Shown here in pieces: positions 35,051 to 48,482 of a DNA stretch of 64,000 nt. Below the pieces are notes generated by a model. The model was given only the letters and a program-made list of their open reading frames with translations. It ran no database searches and was not told where the DNA came from. Numbering within the stretch: the first letter of the stretch is position 1; every line of letters starts with the position of its first letter. The translations under genes and the position numbers were made by a program. Origin of the DNA: Raillietiella orientalis (lineage: Eukaryota); contig JAYWIR010000023.1 in NCBI GenBank assembly GCA_036172245.1, forward strand, positions 2,294,001 to 2,358,000, written 5' to 3'.

Positions 35051-37034
35051 GGGGGTCCGAGAAAGCAACCTTGATCGGGGAAGAGGAGAGGGAAGGGACT
35101 GGATCGCGGACGTTTCCGTGATCCCCTTCCCCTTCCCCCTGCGAAACCGTGCGTGACTGCTGCTGCACGTTTCTGTTCGTCCCGAAGACACGGCAGCGCT
35201 CCTCTCGAGCTGCCTCCGGCGGTGTGGGGAGGGGAGGGGGGAGCACCTGCGGGATCACGGGAAAAGTGGAAACGTTCCTTCAGGGCATTTCGGGAAGGAA
35301 ACTCCGACTATGGGAAATACCGGTTGGTCTGTCTGCGACTCAGTCAACAACAACAACAAAAAAACTGGAGTGCCGACGCGCGGGTACCGTTACGATGGAG
35401 GAAGGGCGGGAGGAACGAGGACTTCCAGGAACCGCTCTGAACCGGACGGGAAGGCGAACCTCTGGTGGCATAGGTTCGGTCAGGGGCATCGACATCAATC
35501 CCAGCCGACATCCCGGAGGGAAGCAGTTCCGGCAAAGAGGAGGAGGGAGAGATCGTCGTCCCGAGAGCCGGAACCGGAAGCTCGGACTACGCAGATGATT
35601 CTGCTGCACTTCGAGAGAGGGCATAAGGGCCGAGTGCCCCGGAGCGCTCCCTCCCTCCCCCCCCCCCGCTCTCTCTCGTCGAATTGCTGCCCGAGCGTCT
35701 TGGAAAAGGAATCCTCTGCGCCGGATGCGAGAGGGCGGGAGCGCCCAGCTGGAGACGACGCGGCAGCGGCCCCGCTCGATGCCTGATCGCCGGCGGCCCG
35801 CAGCAGCGCGCGCGTCGTCAGTTTGCTACTTCATCCCCGCCGCCGCAGCATCTTTCAACCCCCGGGATCGGATCGGATCGGATCTCAGACGCAGGCGATT
35901 GTGAGCTGATGAGCTGGAAAGCTCCTGGAGATTAATTTGTCTTCCCCTTAATGATGTGAGAACCCTCGGGTGCAGGGGATCCCGACGTACCGAATTTGCA
36001 GATCCTCGGACGACGGGCCAGAAATTCATGGCAGAAGGAGAGGGGAGGGGGGAGGAGGAAGAGGAGCCGGGAGATCTCGGAAGGATCTAGGCTAGAGGGA
36101 GGAGGAGGAGGATCCATCTCGGGGTCAGGGAAGTCCTCGAGATGCGCCTTGCCCATCCGCGACACGACGCGCCCCTCCCCCCCTTCCGTTCGCGGCTGAA
36201 CGCTTTCCCCTCGATCCGATCCAAGCGCCGCATCCATCACTTCCTAATCCTCCCCTCCTCTCCTCCCACCATCCCGTTTGCTTTTTTCTTAATTTTTGCT
36301 CGGCCCCTTTTCTCCCCCATTTCGTTGGTCGTTAGGCTCCACGAGGGCTCCCCGTCGCACGGGAACTTCGAAAGCATCAGGGAGGGAAAAAGAAAGAGGG
36401 AAGACGGAGAAGAACCTGGAGCAGAATCCGAACCGGTCGCATCCTCCGTGCATCCTTTGTGCCTCCCTCTGCGTGTGGAAAAGATCCCGCGGAGCGGTAT
36501 CCCCCTCAGGAGTCCAAGATGGAGTCCCCTTTCGTCAGTTTTTCCCGAATGGAGAGAGCGTCCAGCAGCGAAGGGCCGATCCCTTCGTCGTTTGCTTCCT
36601 CAGAGTGCGGTGGGACCTCCACACTTCCTCGAGGCCCACCCCACGGACCCTACGATGGACTTGGACTCATCTGCTCTTCTCCGAAACGCCTCGTCGCCGC
36701 TGAACCTCGCGTGGCCCGCGATGCAAGCCGCTCGCCTGGGCAGACGTCATCTCGGGCATCCAGGGGCGCGCCCTGGAGCGGCGGTGGACCCCGTGCCCCT
36801 CCAGCGCCACTCGGGGGGGGAAGAAGCCGCTAGAGTCGCTTGTGGTATTCGCGCGCTTGCGTCGGCAGAGGAGAAGATTGGCACGGTCCAGCTCTCTGAC
36901 GGGGAAGTTCCGCTGCAACGAGGAACCAACCATCCTAGAAGGGCAGAGGAAAGGAGGTACCGAGGCGTCCAGAAGGGTTCGGAGGAAGCTGCTGAAGCCA
37001 GGGCTTGCGGGGACTCCGAGACTACGCTCCCACC

Positions 37035-38997
37035 AGCATTCAGCCTCGGTTCCACCTCGATTACAGAAAGGATGTCTCTGCCCGCGGACGACTCGGTCAT
37101 CAGAACAGAGCTGGACGGGTTCTCCTCCCTTCAGGGAAGGAGAAGGAAACGCTCGGAGGGAATTCCGGAGAAGGGAGAGCTTCTTGGCGGGGGGTCCCCG
37201 CACAGCCATCCCACAGCCTTCTCGGCTGTCGTCTCCACGCGACGGGGACCCTCTCGCCGATGTCTCCCGGCGACTCTCCTCCGCTTCCGCACATCCGTCA
37301 CCGGCGAACCGTCCGAGAAAAATAGGATCTTCCCGAAGGATAATTGGGAGGAAGAGTTCTCAGATCAACCGTCGAAACTTTTCCGCCGCTGGAGTAATTT
37401 GGTTTCCTCGCGTGCAGGACATCATTTGATGTGATTATTCTTCGGTCCTCCTCCGTCCAGAGATCTCCGCGGAAGAGCGAGAAAATCTTCTCTCCCGAGT
37501 GCGCGCCGGGGACGCACTGGAGCCGCCGCCGCCTACCCGGCTGGTGGGGGAGAGGGGGGGAGCTGCGAGCGGTACAGCAGGATGTCTCCGGGAAGGCGTC
37601 GTGCTCCAGTGCACGCACGGCCGCCGCAGCCGCAAGAGTGAGCGCGCGCGCGCAACCGTTCGAGCGGGGTTCCGGGAGTGTTGCGTGGCTCTGGAGAGGT
37701 GTTCCCCGAGCCCTTTGTTTCCAGGTAGAATCTCGTCCCAGAGGCACGTTCGGACCCGCAAGAGGAGGATGCGCTCCGACCTTGGTCCTCTGTCTGCCAC
37801 GATCGATCTTCCTAAGGGATCCCAATGTCTCTTCGTCGAGAGAGGTGATCTCCCACCCACCCTTTCTAATTGGAAAACGAGCAGCCTCTCTCCGTTCCAG
37901 TTGCCTATATAGCATTATCAAGCTCAAAGGGAGGCCATCCTGCCGCTAAAGGTCTCATCCTGGGAAGTCTTCGGACGCCTTCGCCTTTTGGCTGCAAGAG
38001 AAGAATCGTGCCGCAGCAGCGCAAATTCCACATTCGATCCTCCAGGGGCAAGGAGGATGGCTTCTCTGAGAACGCGCCTAGCCTGAGAACCACCCAGTGT
38101 GCACATCCTGGGAACGGCGCTGATCCGTCGTTAATCTACAGCCTCTGAGTCTGGGACAGAGCTTCGACGCCCGAGACACCCATCCCAGACATTTGGGGAG
38201 CCGTGCTTACGCTTCTCCCGGAACGCGGAGTCAAAGTGGAAAGCTCAGCAGCAGCTACACTGGGTGGCAACGGAACTTCCGCAGATGGAAAAAGAGCGGT
38301 TTCTCGACGGCTTGCGGGCGAAGCTGCTGGCATGAACACGGGATGCACAGAGCCCTCTGCGGTGTGTTCGTGCTCGGAGTTTCCAAGGATGCTGCAACTT
38401 GTCAAGGGCGTATCCGCTGGATCCCTTGGGCGGTCCAATCACGCGACGGCACCACCCCTTGCATTCCTTCTCCTCCGCCCCTTTGCACCCGCATGGCGTT
38501 TTCACACGTATCCCCTCCCCTCCCCCTAGGGGATCGCATAATCATTACCAGCATCTTTGAATCTGCACCCGCTGCACCATTTTTCCGGATCGTTCCAACC
38601 GGCCCTGTCTTGAAAGGAAGGAGAGGCAGATGGGAAGGTGGTGATCGAGAACTCTCGTTCACGGGGGAACGCCGTCACTGTTTCTACCTGTGATCGGGAG
38701 GCGTTGCCTGAGATCCGCTGCCATCCCTCAAGGGCGCACCCGATGGCAGCAGAAACTCGTCCTTGCAATGTGCAGGCTTTAGGTTCCACGCACTCCCAGA
38801 GCCCTTCCTGCTTCGTTGTCCTGAACAAGGGAGCGAGCTCAGAGGTGCGCGGTCTCCTTGGCAGCCCCGCCAATCGCTTCCTTGATGGCAGCCTTGGTCT
38901 CGCCTCGATTCCAGAAAAAATGCCTCCATCCGTGGACGACCCGGTCGTCAGGACAGAGCTTGATCTGGTTCCCTTCCCTTTAAGGAAGCAGAAGGCA
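37035..38997. repeat. Diverged ~110-bp direct repeat pair (about 37035-37145 and 38885-38997), probably retroelement-derived
   Basis: The pattern cagcct.ggt....cctcgatt.cagaaa..atg.ctc...ccg.ggacgac.cggtc.tcag.acagagct.ga occurs at both sites. Confidence 0.7.
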
Positions 38998-39149
38998 GTA
39001 GAAAGGACACCTCATCTTCCCGGAGCACTCCCTTCCTCTGGAAAGACTGCTTCCAGCACGAGTGTCCATCGACCGTTGATGGCTTGCGAGCGAAGAGCTC
39101 CTGTAGAGGTTCCACCAGAAGCGGTCTTCAGCAACACTGCAGGCCTCTG

Positions 39150-39900
39150 AAGTAACACAGGAGAATGCCAACATCGCGAGGGACGAGGTGATCCTTCGCG
39201 ATGCAAGGAGGCTGATGGGGCAATGTAAAGCCGTGCCGGAGGAAGGACACATGGCTCTGCCCCTTGGCCAATCTCTTCCTCTCAACTGGTTTCTGGAATG
39301 ACGCTGCTGCTCTCAGCCACTGGATCACAGCTTCTGGATGGTCTTCCTCCACCTTATTCATATATTGGGAGACTGATGAAGAGCATCTGCTATGCAATCC
39401 ATCCCAATACAAGAGGAGAGCTTGATGTGGGACGATGCGTCTGGGGCACACTGCTCCAGAGGCGCTGGCTTCCGAGGACGGACCAGCTCGAAAGTTCGCC
39501 TTCACCCTCGTGGCTGCCTCCCAAGGGATTCGCCGCAGCTGTGAATGTCCCGACAGGTTTTCTCAGGAGGAACTTCTGGGAACACGCTGAGGTGACTCAC
39601 ACTCGGAACACGTACTCGAACTCTCTCTTGGTTGCTTTTTCCTCCGACCGGAAGACAGGCGGTACCGTAGGGACCGAAGGGAAGACGACAGTCCGTGCAT
39701 CCTTCACCACTAGGAAACTCTTTCTGGAATCTGCATTTAGGGTGACCTCCCGACGTTGCGGTGGGATCTGCGTCCCGCGCTTCTGGTTGCACCGGAGGAC
39801 ATGAGTACGGGTTCCCGGAACACGGCATAAGGGAGGTGTGGATAGAGGGGGTAAGATGAATGCCAGAATATTTGTTGGGACGAAGGACTGTGCTTTCCAG
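39150..39900 (+). mobile_element. Old L1/Tx1-like ORF2 fragment
   Basis: LMGQCKAVPEEGHMALP (cf. LKGLCAPCRDGGLGL) and PKGFAAAVN...NFWE (cf. TPFAAAVS...ANWE). Confidence 0.45.
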
Positions 39901-41099
39901 CATCTGTGGATCCTGGAAAGTGTTTCCTCGTGGAGAGGAATTCCCAGACTGCTGTCATCGCTTTGATCCCGACAGCGCCTCCTTTCTTCCAGGAAGGGGA
40001 AGGTTCTGCGTCGACGCGTTCCAGTAGGCACTGAAAGGAGGAGAGAAGAGGTCAGTGCTCCTGAGTTCATTCTCATGAGAATGGGTCTTCGCTGCTCAGC
40101 ATGAACGCAGATCTCCCGGAAAACTCTCCAGGACTACAGGGAGGATGGAAGAACTGAGAAGGGTGCTACTGGGGAAGCTGTGAGTTTTCGCGGATGCTGT
40201 GTTTCCTGGCAACAGCAGCAGCGGCGGCGGCGGCAGCTCTTCGGCCGCAGGTGCGCCGCAGGAGCTTACCTTCTCCTTCGCTCTTCCTTGCAAGCACGGG
40301 AAGTTTCAAAGAAGGAGGAGATACTTTCTCTGCAAGACTTCCGAGGCTTCTCCGGAGTCCTTCGTTCCTTCTTCTCCAGGGAGTCTCCACAGAAACTTCA
40401 CCTGAATCCGAGGAGCAGATCTCCTTCCGAACCTACAGAGGTTCCATTCGGGAGTGCTCCAGGTTGTGCCGGAACTGCGGGCTTCGCCTGAGACTTCCCG
40501 GTCTGCCCACGGAGGCATGGCGCTGCCGTTCGCCGACCTCACACACGCATGCGCGAGGAAATGGAGAGGAAAGGAACTGCAGCTGGGGGCCGGCGTCCTG
40601 CTGCCAATCCTGCTCCGGGAATCTTTGCATTCCTTTCGGAAGCACGCATCTGGGAGAATTCTGGGCGCGCACACACGGAAAGAACCTCCAGCGGGGAGGA
40701 GGGGGACGAAGGAGCGGCAGGAAGGGCTCCTGTCCTCTCCCCGCACCCTTCTTGTCTGACCCCGATGCTCCTTCCCTTTTCCCGCTGCTCCCTGATCCGA
40801 AGACCTCCCGGACCCCACCCAGGCATTCACCCCGCTCCACTGCCGTCGCGATCCCGCGAAGTCCCCTATGATATTCCATCCGGACCTACTCTGGTCTCTT
40901 CTCCCCCGGTTGCCTTTCCCCATCCACCCCTCTCCCTTCCACACATCATCTCTCTATCCTTTCAGGTATTCTCATCCTATCCCCCTGCTCGAGTTTCCTG
41001 GACAGCGGCGGCGCGCCTCCGCTCTTCCTTCCCGGATGCTTCCGTTGAGGCTGTTCCTCCCGGGGACGCGCGGCAGTGCATCCCCGAGGTTTTTTCGGA

Positions 41100-41366
41100 A
41101 GAGTCCAAGCGTGAGGCTGCGAAGGAAGGGGGAGGGAAAGGAAAGGGAGGGAGGAAGAAGACGTCCGTTCCCCCCCCACCCCCCCCCCCCCCCAACCGGC
41201 GAGAGGGAAGGGACCGAGAGGCGCGCGCAAGAGAGAGAGAGAGAGTGCGCGCGCGCCTCCCGGTCCCTCGGAGGCTGCGGCGGACCAGTTAGTCGCTCTT
41301 CTGGAGGGCAGGAGGCGAGGAGCGTCCTGCTGCCGCCACTGCCGCTGCCGCCGCCGCCTCTCCCCG
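41100..41366 (+). promoter_or_regulatory. Putative CpG-rich promoter/5'UTR of the nAChR gene
   Basis: Very GC/CpG-rich, with a (GA)n tract flanked by (GC)n at 41221-41257 and an Inr-like TTAGTC at 41289-41294, about 75 nt before the ATG. Confidence 0.45.
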
Positions 41367-41582
41367 ATGTGCCGCCGCCGCCCGGCGTGCCTGCGCCTTG
41401 CGCTGTGCGCCCTCGCGTGGCTTGCCGCCGCGCCGCCGCCCCCCGCGCGCGCCATCCCGGATGCCCAGAGGCTGTACGCCGACCTGCTGAGTAACTACAA
41501 CCGGGTCATCCGGCCTGTGTATAACAACTCGGAGCGCCTGATCGTCAAGATGAATCTGAAGCTCTCCCAGCTCATCGACGTG
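41367..41582 (+). CDS. nAChRalpha: Nicotinic acetylcholine receptor subunit (alpha1/alpha8-like), coding exon 1
   Basis: Signal peptide, then [43 protein letters not shown] (cf. [22 protein letters not shown]...LSQLIDV). 72 codons, phase-0 donor GTAAGC at 41583. Confidence 0.95.
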
Positions 41583-44059
41583 GTAAGCGGGTCCGGCGGC
41601 GGATGGGACGAAAGGGAGGAGGGAGGGAGGGACGAAGGGGGAGGAGGGAGAGGAAGAGGAACGGAAGGGAGGGAGGGAGGGAGGGAGGAAGAGAAAGGGG
41701 AGGAAAGAGAGGGAAAATGGCGGAGGCCTCCATCTGTTGCGCCTGCGGCATTTCCTCGGCTTCTGAATATTTCTGTGGCTGGCGGGCGAAGACTAAGCAC
41801 CACACCCACGAACATCTCCCTCTCCTGGGTGGGGGTAGATCGACTCCTCGTTTTCACTCTCCTCTTTCTCCCTGGCATTCGCGAAGGATTGCGGAGGAAG
41901 GAAAGCAGGCGTGGAGGGAGGCTTCTGAGCGAACGGCTGTCCCCCAGGCTCAGTAGCCGCCACACCAGGGCAAGCGGATCGGGATCGAGGCTTCCCCTAT
42001 TGACAGGTCATTGCCTAGTTCCATGCCACTCTCCTGTCCCCTCACGCGCATCGGCTCTTGACTCTCGTTCCCTTCCCCTCCCAGGCACGTTTCCCCTTTG
42101 TCCTCCTCGGGTGGTTCCTGGAGGAGAGATACGAGGTAGCTGTGGATTCTTGAGGAGCTTCTGAATGGCTCTTCCACGGAAGGAGGAGGCGGGAGAGGTG
42201 AAGAACGACTCCGCAATACTGGTGCATGGACTCAGCATCCCTGAGTCCAGAGGCTCACGCAAAAGGAACTGACTTCCGCCCAGGCACCAGCGAAGAGCCT
42301 GGCCATTATATCTCTCTCCCCCTTCATTCCCTCTCCCGTTTCCAGCCATGGTTCGTCCTCTGGTCCAGTGCAGCCTCCCGCTACTAAGCGGCGGCCGAAC
42401 ACCGGGTTCCAACTCTCCCGCAGATGGGGCTTCGGATTCCCTCAAGACAGCGGCAATCTGTTCCCTGTCCTCGCCTCCCCTTCTCCTGTCCCTCCTCCGT
42501 ACGAAGTCTCTGCAAGGACTCCTGGCGGATCTGAAAGAGACTGCCGGCGGCGAACTACTCCCACAACGGATGGCAGCGTCTCCATGTGGCTATTTGGGGG
42601 AGACTCGCTCGCGTCCCTCTCCCCGCCTTCCTCGATCCCGAGCTCGTCTCCAGAAGACCCTTCTCGGAAAAGGGATACCTGGAGCTTCTCCTCCTCCTGG
42701 ATCGCTAGAGGCGTCCTTCCGTCGCCCTGGAACTCTTCCTCCTCTTCCAGGTCGGTATTCGGTATTCCCCCTCCAGTTTCGGGGCCAGAAAATGGAGCAA
42801 GACGGGTTTGAGGGGGAGGACTTCCGAGGAATCCCCAGGGCCATCCTTCTTGATCCCCCCTAGACACACGTGGACCGGAAGGGTGAGCGGGATAGCCGCA
42901 GGACTCCGGGGGCTGGGAACACTTCGCGTTGCCAAGGGAACCCGACTCGCTGCACGGGGGGACCGGTAGGGGAAACGGCTAAGTGCTCCCACACCTATCC
43001 CACCCCAATTGCCTTTGTAAGGATCATCCTGCTCTGCTCCCCTAGCGACCCCTCTCCCAAGGAAGCAGAACGGAAGAAGAAGCGCCTCTGGCGAGTGCAT
43101 CGGGGAACAATAGTCCGGGAAGGTGGGGCGCGCGAGTCTTCCGGAACTAGTAAACCCCGGCTGCCCCCCTTCGCGAAGAGGATGTGGATGCCGCCGCTCT
43201 CTTCGCCACTTTCTCTGCCTGCCTCGCCTTGGAGAGGAAAGAGACAGCAGCAGGAGGAGGAACTTACTCCCTCCTTGGCTCCAGGGACCGCCACTTCATA
43301 CTCGTCCGAACGCAGAGCGGCATCGCCTATCCGTGGGCAGTCCGAACTCGTCCGTTTCCCTTTTGGCTGCTGCCAATAATCCGCCGACCGCTTGGACCTC
43401 GATGCGTACAGTGGGGCGGTTTGTACAGACCTCGACCCGACCGAGGTGCGTGCGGGCCGTTACTTGGGGGGGAACCCGACGGGACACGACGATTGGTCTC
43501 CAACACCTCTCTGCTGCGGCCCTTTCCTTCCTGCCGAATGGTCCCTCAGAGGGCGTCCACGTGTCCTTCTGCTCATGCCCCACGGCGTTCCGCGCGAAGA
43601 CCTTCGAAAGCGGATCCGCCGATTTCTGCCTCCTACGGCTGACCACATCTCCTTAGTGTTCCTCCCCCATCTTCCGTCCACACCGCCAGGTGCGTGACGA
43701 CCGATCCTTCTCAGCAGTAGGTGTTACCAGGATGTCCCCTGGGAGTCGGGGAGTCGATCGATCAAAGAACCCGAGCCTCCTTTCCGGTCGTGCGTTTCGC
43801 GTCCACAGAGAGACCCCAGCATCAGTTTCTTCCCAATTTCTACCGGGACACGCCGGATCGCGATGAACTCTAAATCGTGGTAGGACACGCGTGGTCCCGC
43901 CACGCTCCTGGACCTGCTGACTTGCCGATGTGCAGACCGGCGCGGTCCGCTTCGGAAGCGGAGGGGAAGGGGAGGGGGGACAAACGAGAAAAAAGCACTG
44001 GAGGCCTGGGAAGGGATTGCCGCTCGCTGGAGGGATCCTGTCCAGGATGCCGGCTAGGT

Positions 44060-44720
44060 TCGCTCGCGATGGCACCTGGGAAGGTCCATCTGGCTGTCAT
44101 CCGCGGAAAGCGGAGTGCACATTCAGTGGTGTCCCTTCAGCGCGTTCTTCCCTTCTGTATTGCTCCAGGCTGCTACAATCCTAAGGACTCAGCAGAGGTC
44201 TGCGGCCGGCGGCAGGGCATCCCGCATGAAGAGGAGCTCGAAAGCGTCCCTAGGTTTGCCACCTGGAGTTCGCAGAGTCGTCCACAAAACGTTCCTGAAG
44301 GGCCGCAGGGCAACTGCAGTCCGCCCAGAAGGGTGCGGGAGGGACCTCTCGTTCCCGCGCCTGCGAGCGGTCCGGACTCGCACGCTCGCTGGACATTGGG
44401 GATTGCGAGCCCGGCTTCCTTCCGAGGGGATGTCCGGTCGCTTCCTGATCGGGAAGCCTGCGGAGTTTCCATGACTTTCATGAGGAGAGCGGGTTTCTTC
44501 CCAAGGCGGTCGAGCAAACTCTTCCGCTCAAGTCATCTCCACGGGTCTTGCGAGCGCGATCCTCCCCCGAGGGGGAGGAAAATGTCAACAAAAAGCCTTC
44601 CTGCTAATTTGCCTTCCGTCTTCTCGCTGGCGGAGAGTTTCCTGGAGGCGTTACTGGAGCTGCTCTTGAGCGAACTCGGCTGCTTGGTGCGTTCCTTCCC
44701 GGGCGTCCCTGTTTGAACAA
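44060..44720 (-). mobile_element. L1/Tx1-like LINE 3' fragment in nAChR intron 1 (antisense)
   Basis: RSLPHP...VALRPFRNVLWTTLRTPGGKPRDAFELLFMRDALPPAA is homologous to the family 3' end. Confidence 0.7.
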
Positions 44721-46188
44721 AGCTGCGGGAGATTTCATTGCGGCGTGCTGGAGTGCACGCCGCAATGCAAGGAGGAAAGGGAAGGGAAAAGAAAAGGAAG
44801 GAAAACCGGAATGAAGAACAGGAAGTAGAGCTCATCCTTCACGCGCAGAGGGATGCGGGGGTGGTGATGCTGTGGCTGCTTGCGAAGCTCCAGTCTCCTT
44901 CCGGGACCTTTCCGGAGTCTCTTCCTTTCCTAAGGAGGAAGCGCGTCCTCGATTTTTCTCGGGGATCGCCCTCCCAACGCTGCTTGCCTTCTGGACCGGT
45001 TGGCCTTCCGGGTTTCCCATGAGGGGATTTCCTGGAAACGCGACCGCCAGAGCGCGGTCCGGCACGGTAGCGTCGGAAGGAGCTTTGCTTCGAAGTTTTC
45101 GACTCCCGTAGAGACGAAGTTTCGTCTGAATTCCCGCGCGCGTGATGGATTTGCTGCAGTATCCCGCGGCCGTATCGGCTTGCGCTGCAGTCGGAAGCTG
45201 GAGAGGCGGCCTCACAGCTCCTCAGCTGGGGGACCCCCTCATTAGCATCGATCCCTCCTGGTTCATGAGGAGCGCGTTGGCGCCTCCAATAGGGTGCTAC
45301 CTTCTCCGACTCCTGCTGCCTTCACCAAGGCGGCTTCGGCCCGCCCTTGGCGAGTGGTGGAGCCGAAGAAGACGGAACGATTTAGTACAGTAGCGACTGT
45401 GAGGGTTCCAGCAAGCCCCCCGCGTGCGGCTAGGGCAGGAGTGCGCTGGCGTGCAGGTCAGACGAGGGGAGGAAGCCGCCGGAGCGGTCATCCGCTGTCG
45501 GGCGCGCGCAGCCGACAAATCTTCATAGAGACTGCCGCGAAGAGACGTCCCGCTCCCTGCTCTGCAGCTCCCACTGAGCAGCTATGCACAGCACTTAATG
45601 GAACTAGATGGGAGAGAGGAGAAGCGAAGGAAGCGACGCCTGCGGGGGGTAACAGTGGATGAGATTGCAGTCGTTATCAGGAGTGCCAGATGCCAGTGCC
45701 CGGTGGCGCTCTTGTAGAACTGGTTTCTGACACAAAGAAGACAGGTGTGAGATTTCACCATGGCCACTGTGCGTTGATGCATTATAATCCCATTAACAAG
45801 TTCTGCTACACCGCTGCCATGGTAACACTTGCTGATTACGGATGCTCGATGCGACTGCAAGCAGGCGTTCGGAGGCTTGGGGATGACGCTGTGCTGGGAG
45901 CCGCAAACTGCATTGAGCTCAAGTCGAAGGGAACCCGTGCGGAAGACACGCCTTCAGCTTCTTTTCAAACCCATCGGCTTGGGAACTGGTTTCCAGAGCT
46001 TCTTCGACTTCCGCCGGGAATCCTGCAAGTGTTTCCGTGTTCCTTCGAAAGCTCGCATTTGTCACATTTTCGAGGCAGAAATTCACCGACTCGGAATCTC
46101 CAATAATTTGTTTTCCGACAGCTGATTCCGGTTTGTTTAGCAATTTTGAATGAGTAGAGGGAGGGGCAACCTCTTGGTCTCAACGGGC

Positions 46189-48482
46189 CACATGCAGTAC
46201 CCCCCGGGGCTGCAGGTTAACGCCCTTTGCAAGCGTCCACAGTAGGGGAACATTTGAAAAGTGCGTCAGCTTGCTTCCGGCTCCTCTCCCATTCTTGCCG
46301 ATCAATAATAATGCAGGCTCCCCGACTTCACGCCGTCCCGGATTCCTTCAGCACGCTTTCCCCGTTCCTCGAGGCGGTAGCAGAGGCGTTCCCCTGCTCC
46401 TGTTGCTGCCGCGTAGGGGAGCGCTGTCCGGCGCTCCCTTCGATCCTCGGAGCGTGGTGCTTCGCGCGCAGCAAGCCGGTGCGCCGCGGCAGGTAGGGCG
46501 GCGGTGACTCGCCCCCACGTCCTTTCGATCCGCGATACCTGGAACGAAAGGCAGCGAAACGGATGTCCACGGTAAATCCCCACGTAGTGTGTTGCCTACG
46601 AATGTATCTACACGCACCTGTGCACGCATCTGTAGGTGTTCGTCTCTCGGGGAACACGCCGGTGCCCGCGTTGGCACCCCACAGCTTCTGCGGTCTCCGC
46701 TCGCGGCACCGAGCGTTGCGGGTTCGAAGCCCACCCGGGGAGGGATCGACTCCGAGAAATGGGCGCGTCGTGGGTTTCGAGTTGCTCCTGCAGAATGACG
46801 CTGGTTCACCTACGGGCTTCGGGTGCGGCGCTGGTTGACACCCGGTCATGCCGGAGCGTTTCTTTTTAAACCTCCATGTGTGTGGCAGGACGTTTGATCC
46901 TGCCACGTTACTTATGGATACGAACAGGAACGTGCCGGGATCTGGCACGCAGGCCAGCAGGGTGCGCTTCGGCAGCACGAGGGAAGGGGAGACAAACAAA
47001 AAGAGAAAAACGAACCAAAAAAACTGCAGTCGAAAAGGACGAAGGGGGGGGGGGGAGGTTCGGGAAGGTATCACTGTGTGTTGGAGGGCGCCCGCTGCAT
47101 CCTCGTAAGGATGCCGGCAAGTTCCTGTTTTATGGTTCCCAGATGGGGTCATCTTGACGCTGTCCTCATGTAGAGAACAGCAAAATGGATGGCATCCATC
47201 CAGCATCATTCTGGTCTTTGCTCGAAGTTCCACGCGCGACCACGATCCCGCGCAGGCAGCACAGTGCTGCTAGGGATGCGGCCGGCGAGAGGGCGTCGCT
47301 CAGGAAGAGGCACTTTAAAAGGTTCCTGGCGTTGCCGTCGGGGGTTCCAAGGGCCGTGTCCAAGCGTCCCCAAAGGAGCCGGAGGGCAAGTTCTACGAGG
47401 AGGTGCGGGAAGGACTCCTGCTCCCCGCACCGTGCACAGTTTGGGTTCACACACAGTTTCCGGCCTCCACAGATGCCGGCGGGCATTGCACGGGAGGCAC
47501 GAATGCAGTATCATGAACGCCGACTCCTGCCATTTTAAAGAGAGGGTGCGGCGGCACTGGTGGAGGCCGGAAACCCCCGGATGACCCCGTTGACCGGCCG
47601 GGACGAGAAGTCGACGGTCCGGGGTCCTTCCAAGAAATCAAGGAGATGTTCGCCTCCGGTTTTTGAGAATGGAGACGCCTCCCCCCTCGGGGGGTTGTTG
47701 CCTCTCCGGAACGTCAAGAAGCGCGCTGTTCCCTTCGGGGTTGGAAGCTCCCTTCAGGGAAATCGGGAAGCGTCCCTTCGGGGTTCTCTTCGGAGGGGGA
47801 AAGGAGGAGCGATTCTCTCGCGGGTTCCCTCCGAAGAAGAAACGGGGGGGGGGGGAGACCCCCGCAAAGCGGAGGGTTTCATCTGGAGAGAATCAGGAAG
47901 AGTAGGTAGACGTAGGAGGAGTGCTTTCTGTCCTCCGGAGCCTTCCTGGCTTCACAGGGTGCCCCCTCCCGGGGTACCCCCTATAGCTTGAAGAGTCACA
48001 CGCATCCTCGGGTGGTAAAGAGCCTCTTCAGCCCTACGAGGGCGAACGGTTCTTGATACTCATAGGACTTCAAAAAGGGAGAAGGCCCGACAGAAAAGAA
48101 AAGTGAAAAAAAAAAAAAAGAAAGAAAAAAGCAAAGCTGGAAGGAAAACAGCGAAAAGAGAAGAATTTTCGCCATCTTCGGGAACGCGCATGAGCATTTG
48201 CAGGGCGATGTTTTGCGAGGAGAGACGTGGGGCGTCACGGCAGGCTGCGGTGGACGCGCATCGCCCTGGCGTTTCCCGAGTCTCCCGTCTCGAAACCGGG
48301 AGCGCGTGCTGCGCTGAAGATTCCGTCCAGCATCCGAGGGATCCGTTCATGCGAAAAGGATAATCCACCTATTTCATGATCTATTCTTTCGCCATGTTTG
48401 TCCTTCAGCTTAGTGGACCCTTGCTGGGCTGCAGACTGGGTACTCTCGATCGCGGCGACGGGCAACCCTCTTGTCGCAACGG
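46189..48482. repeat. Copy B of the ~2.29 kb duplicated unit, in nAChR intron 1
   Basis: Near-identical to 7636-9919 in the same orientation; 10 bp longer through G-run and A-tract expansion. Confidence 0.97.

Noticed and set aside
41583..42164. Continuation of the 265-aa ORF beyond LSQLIDV
   Set aside because: Homology stops exactly at a GTAAGC donor; the remainder is intron read-through.
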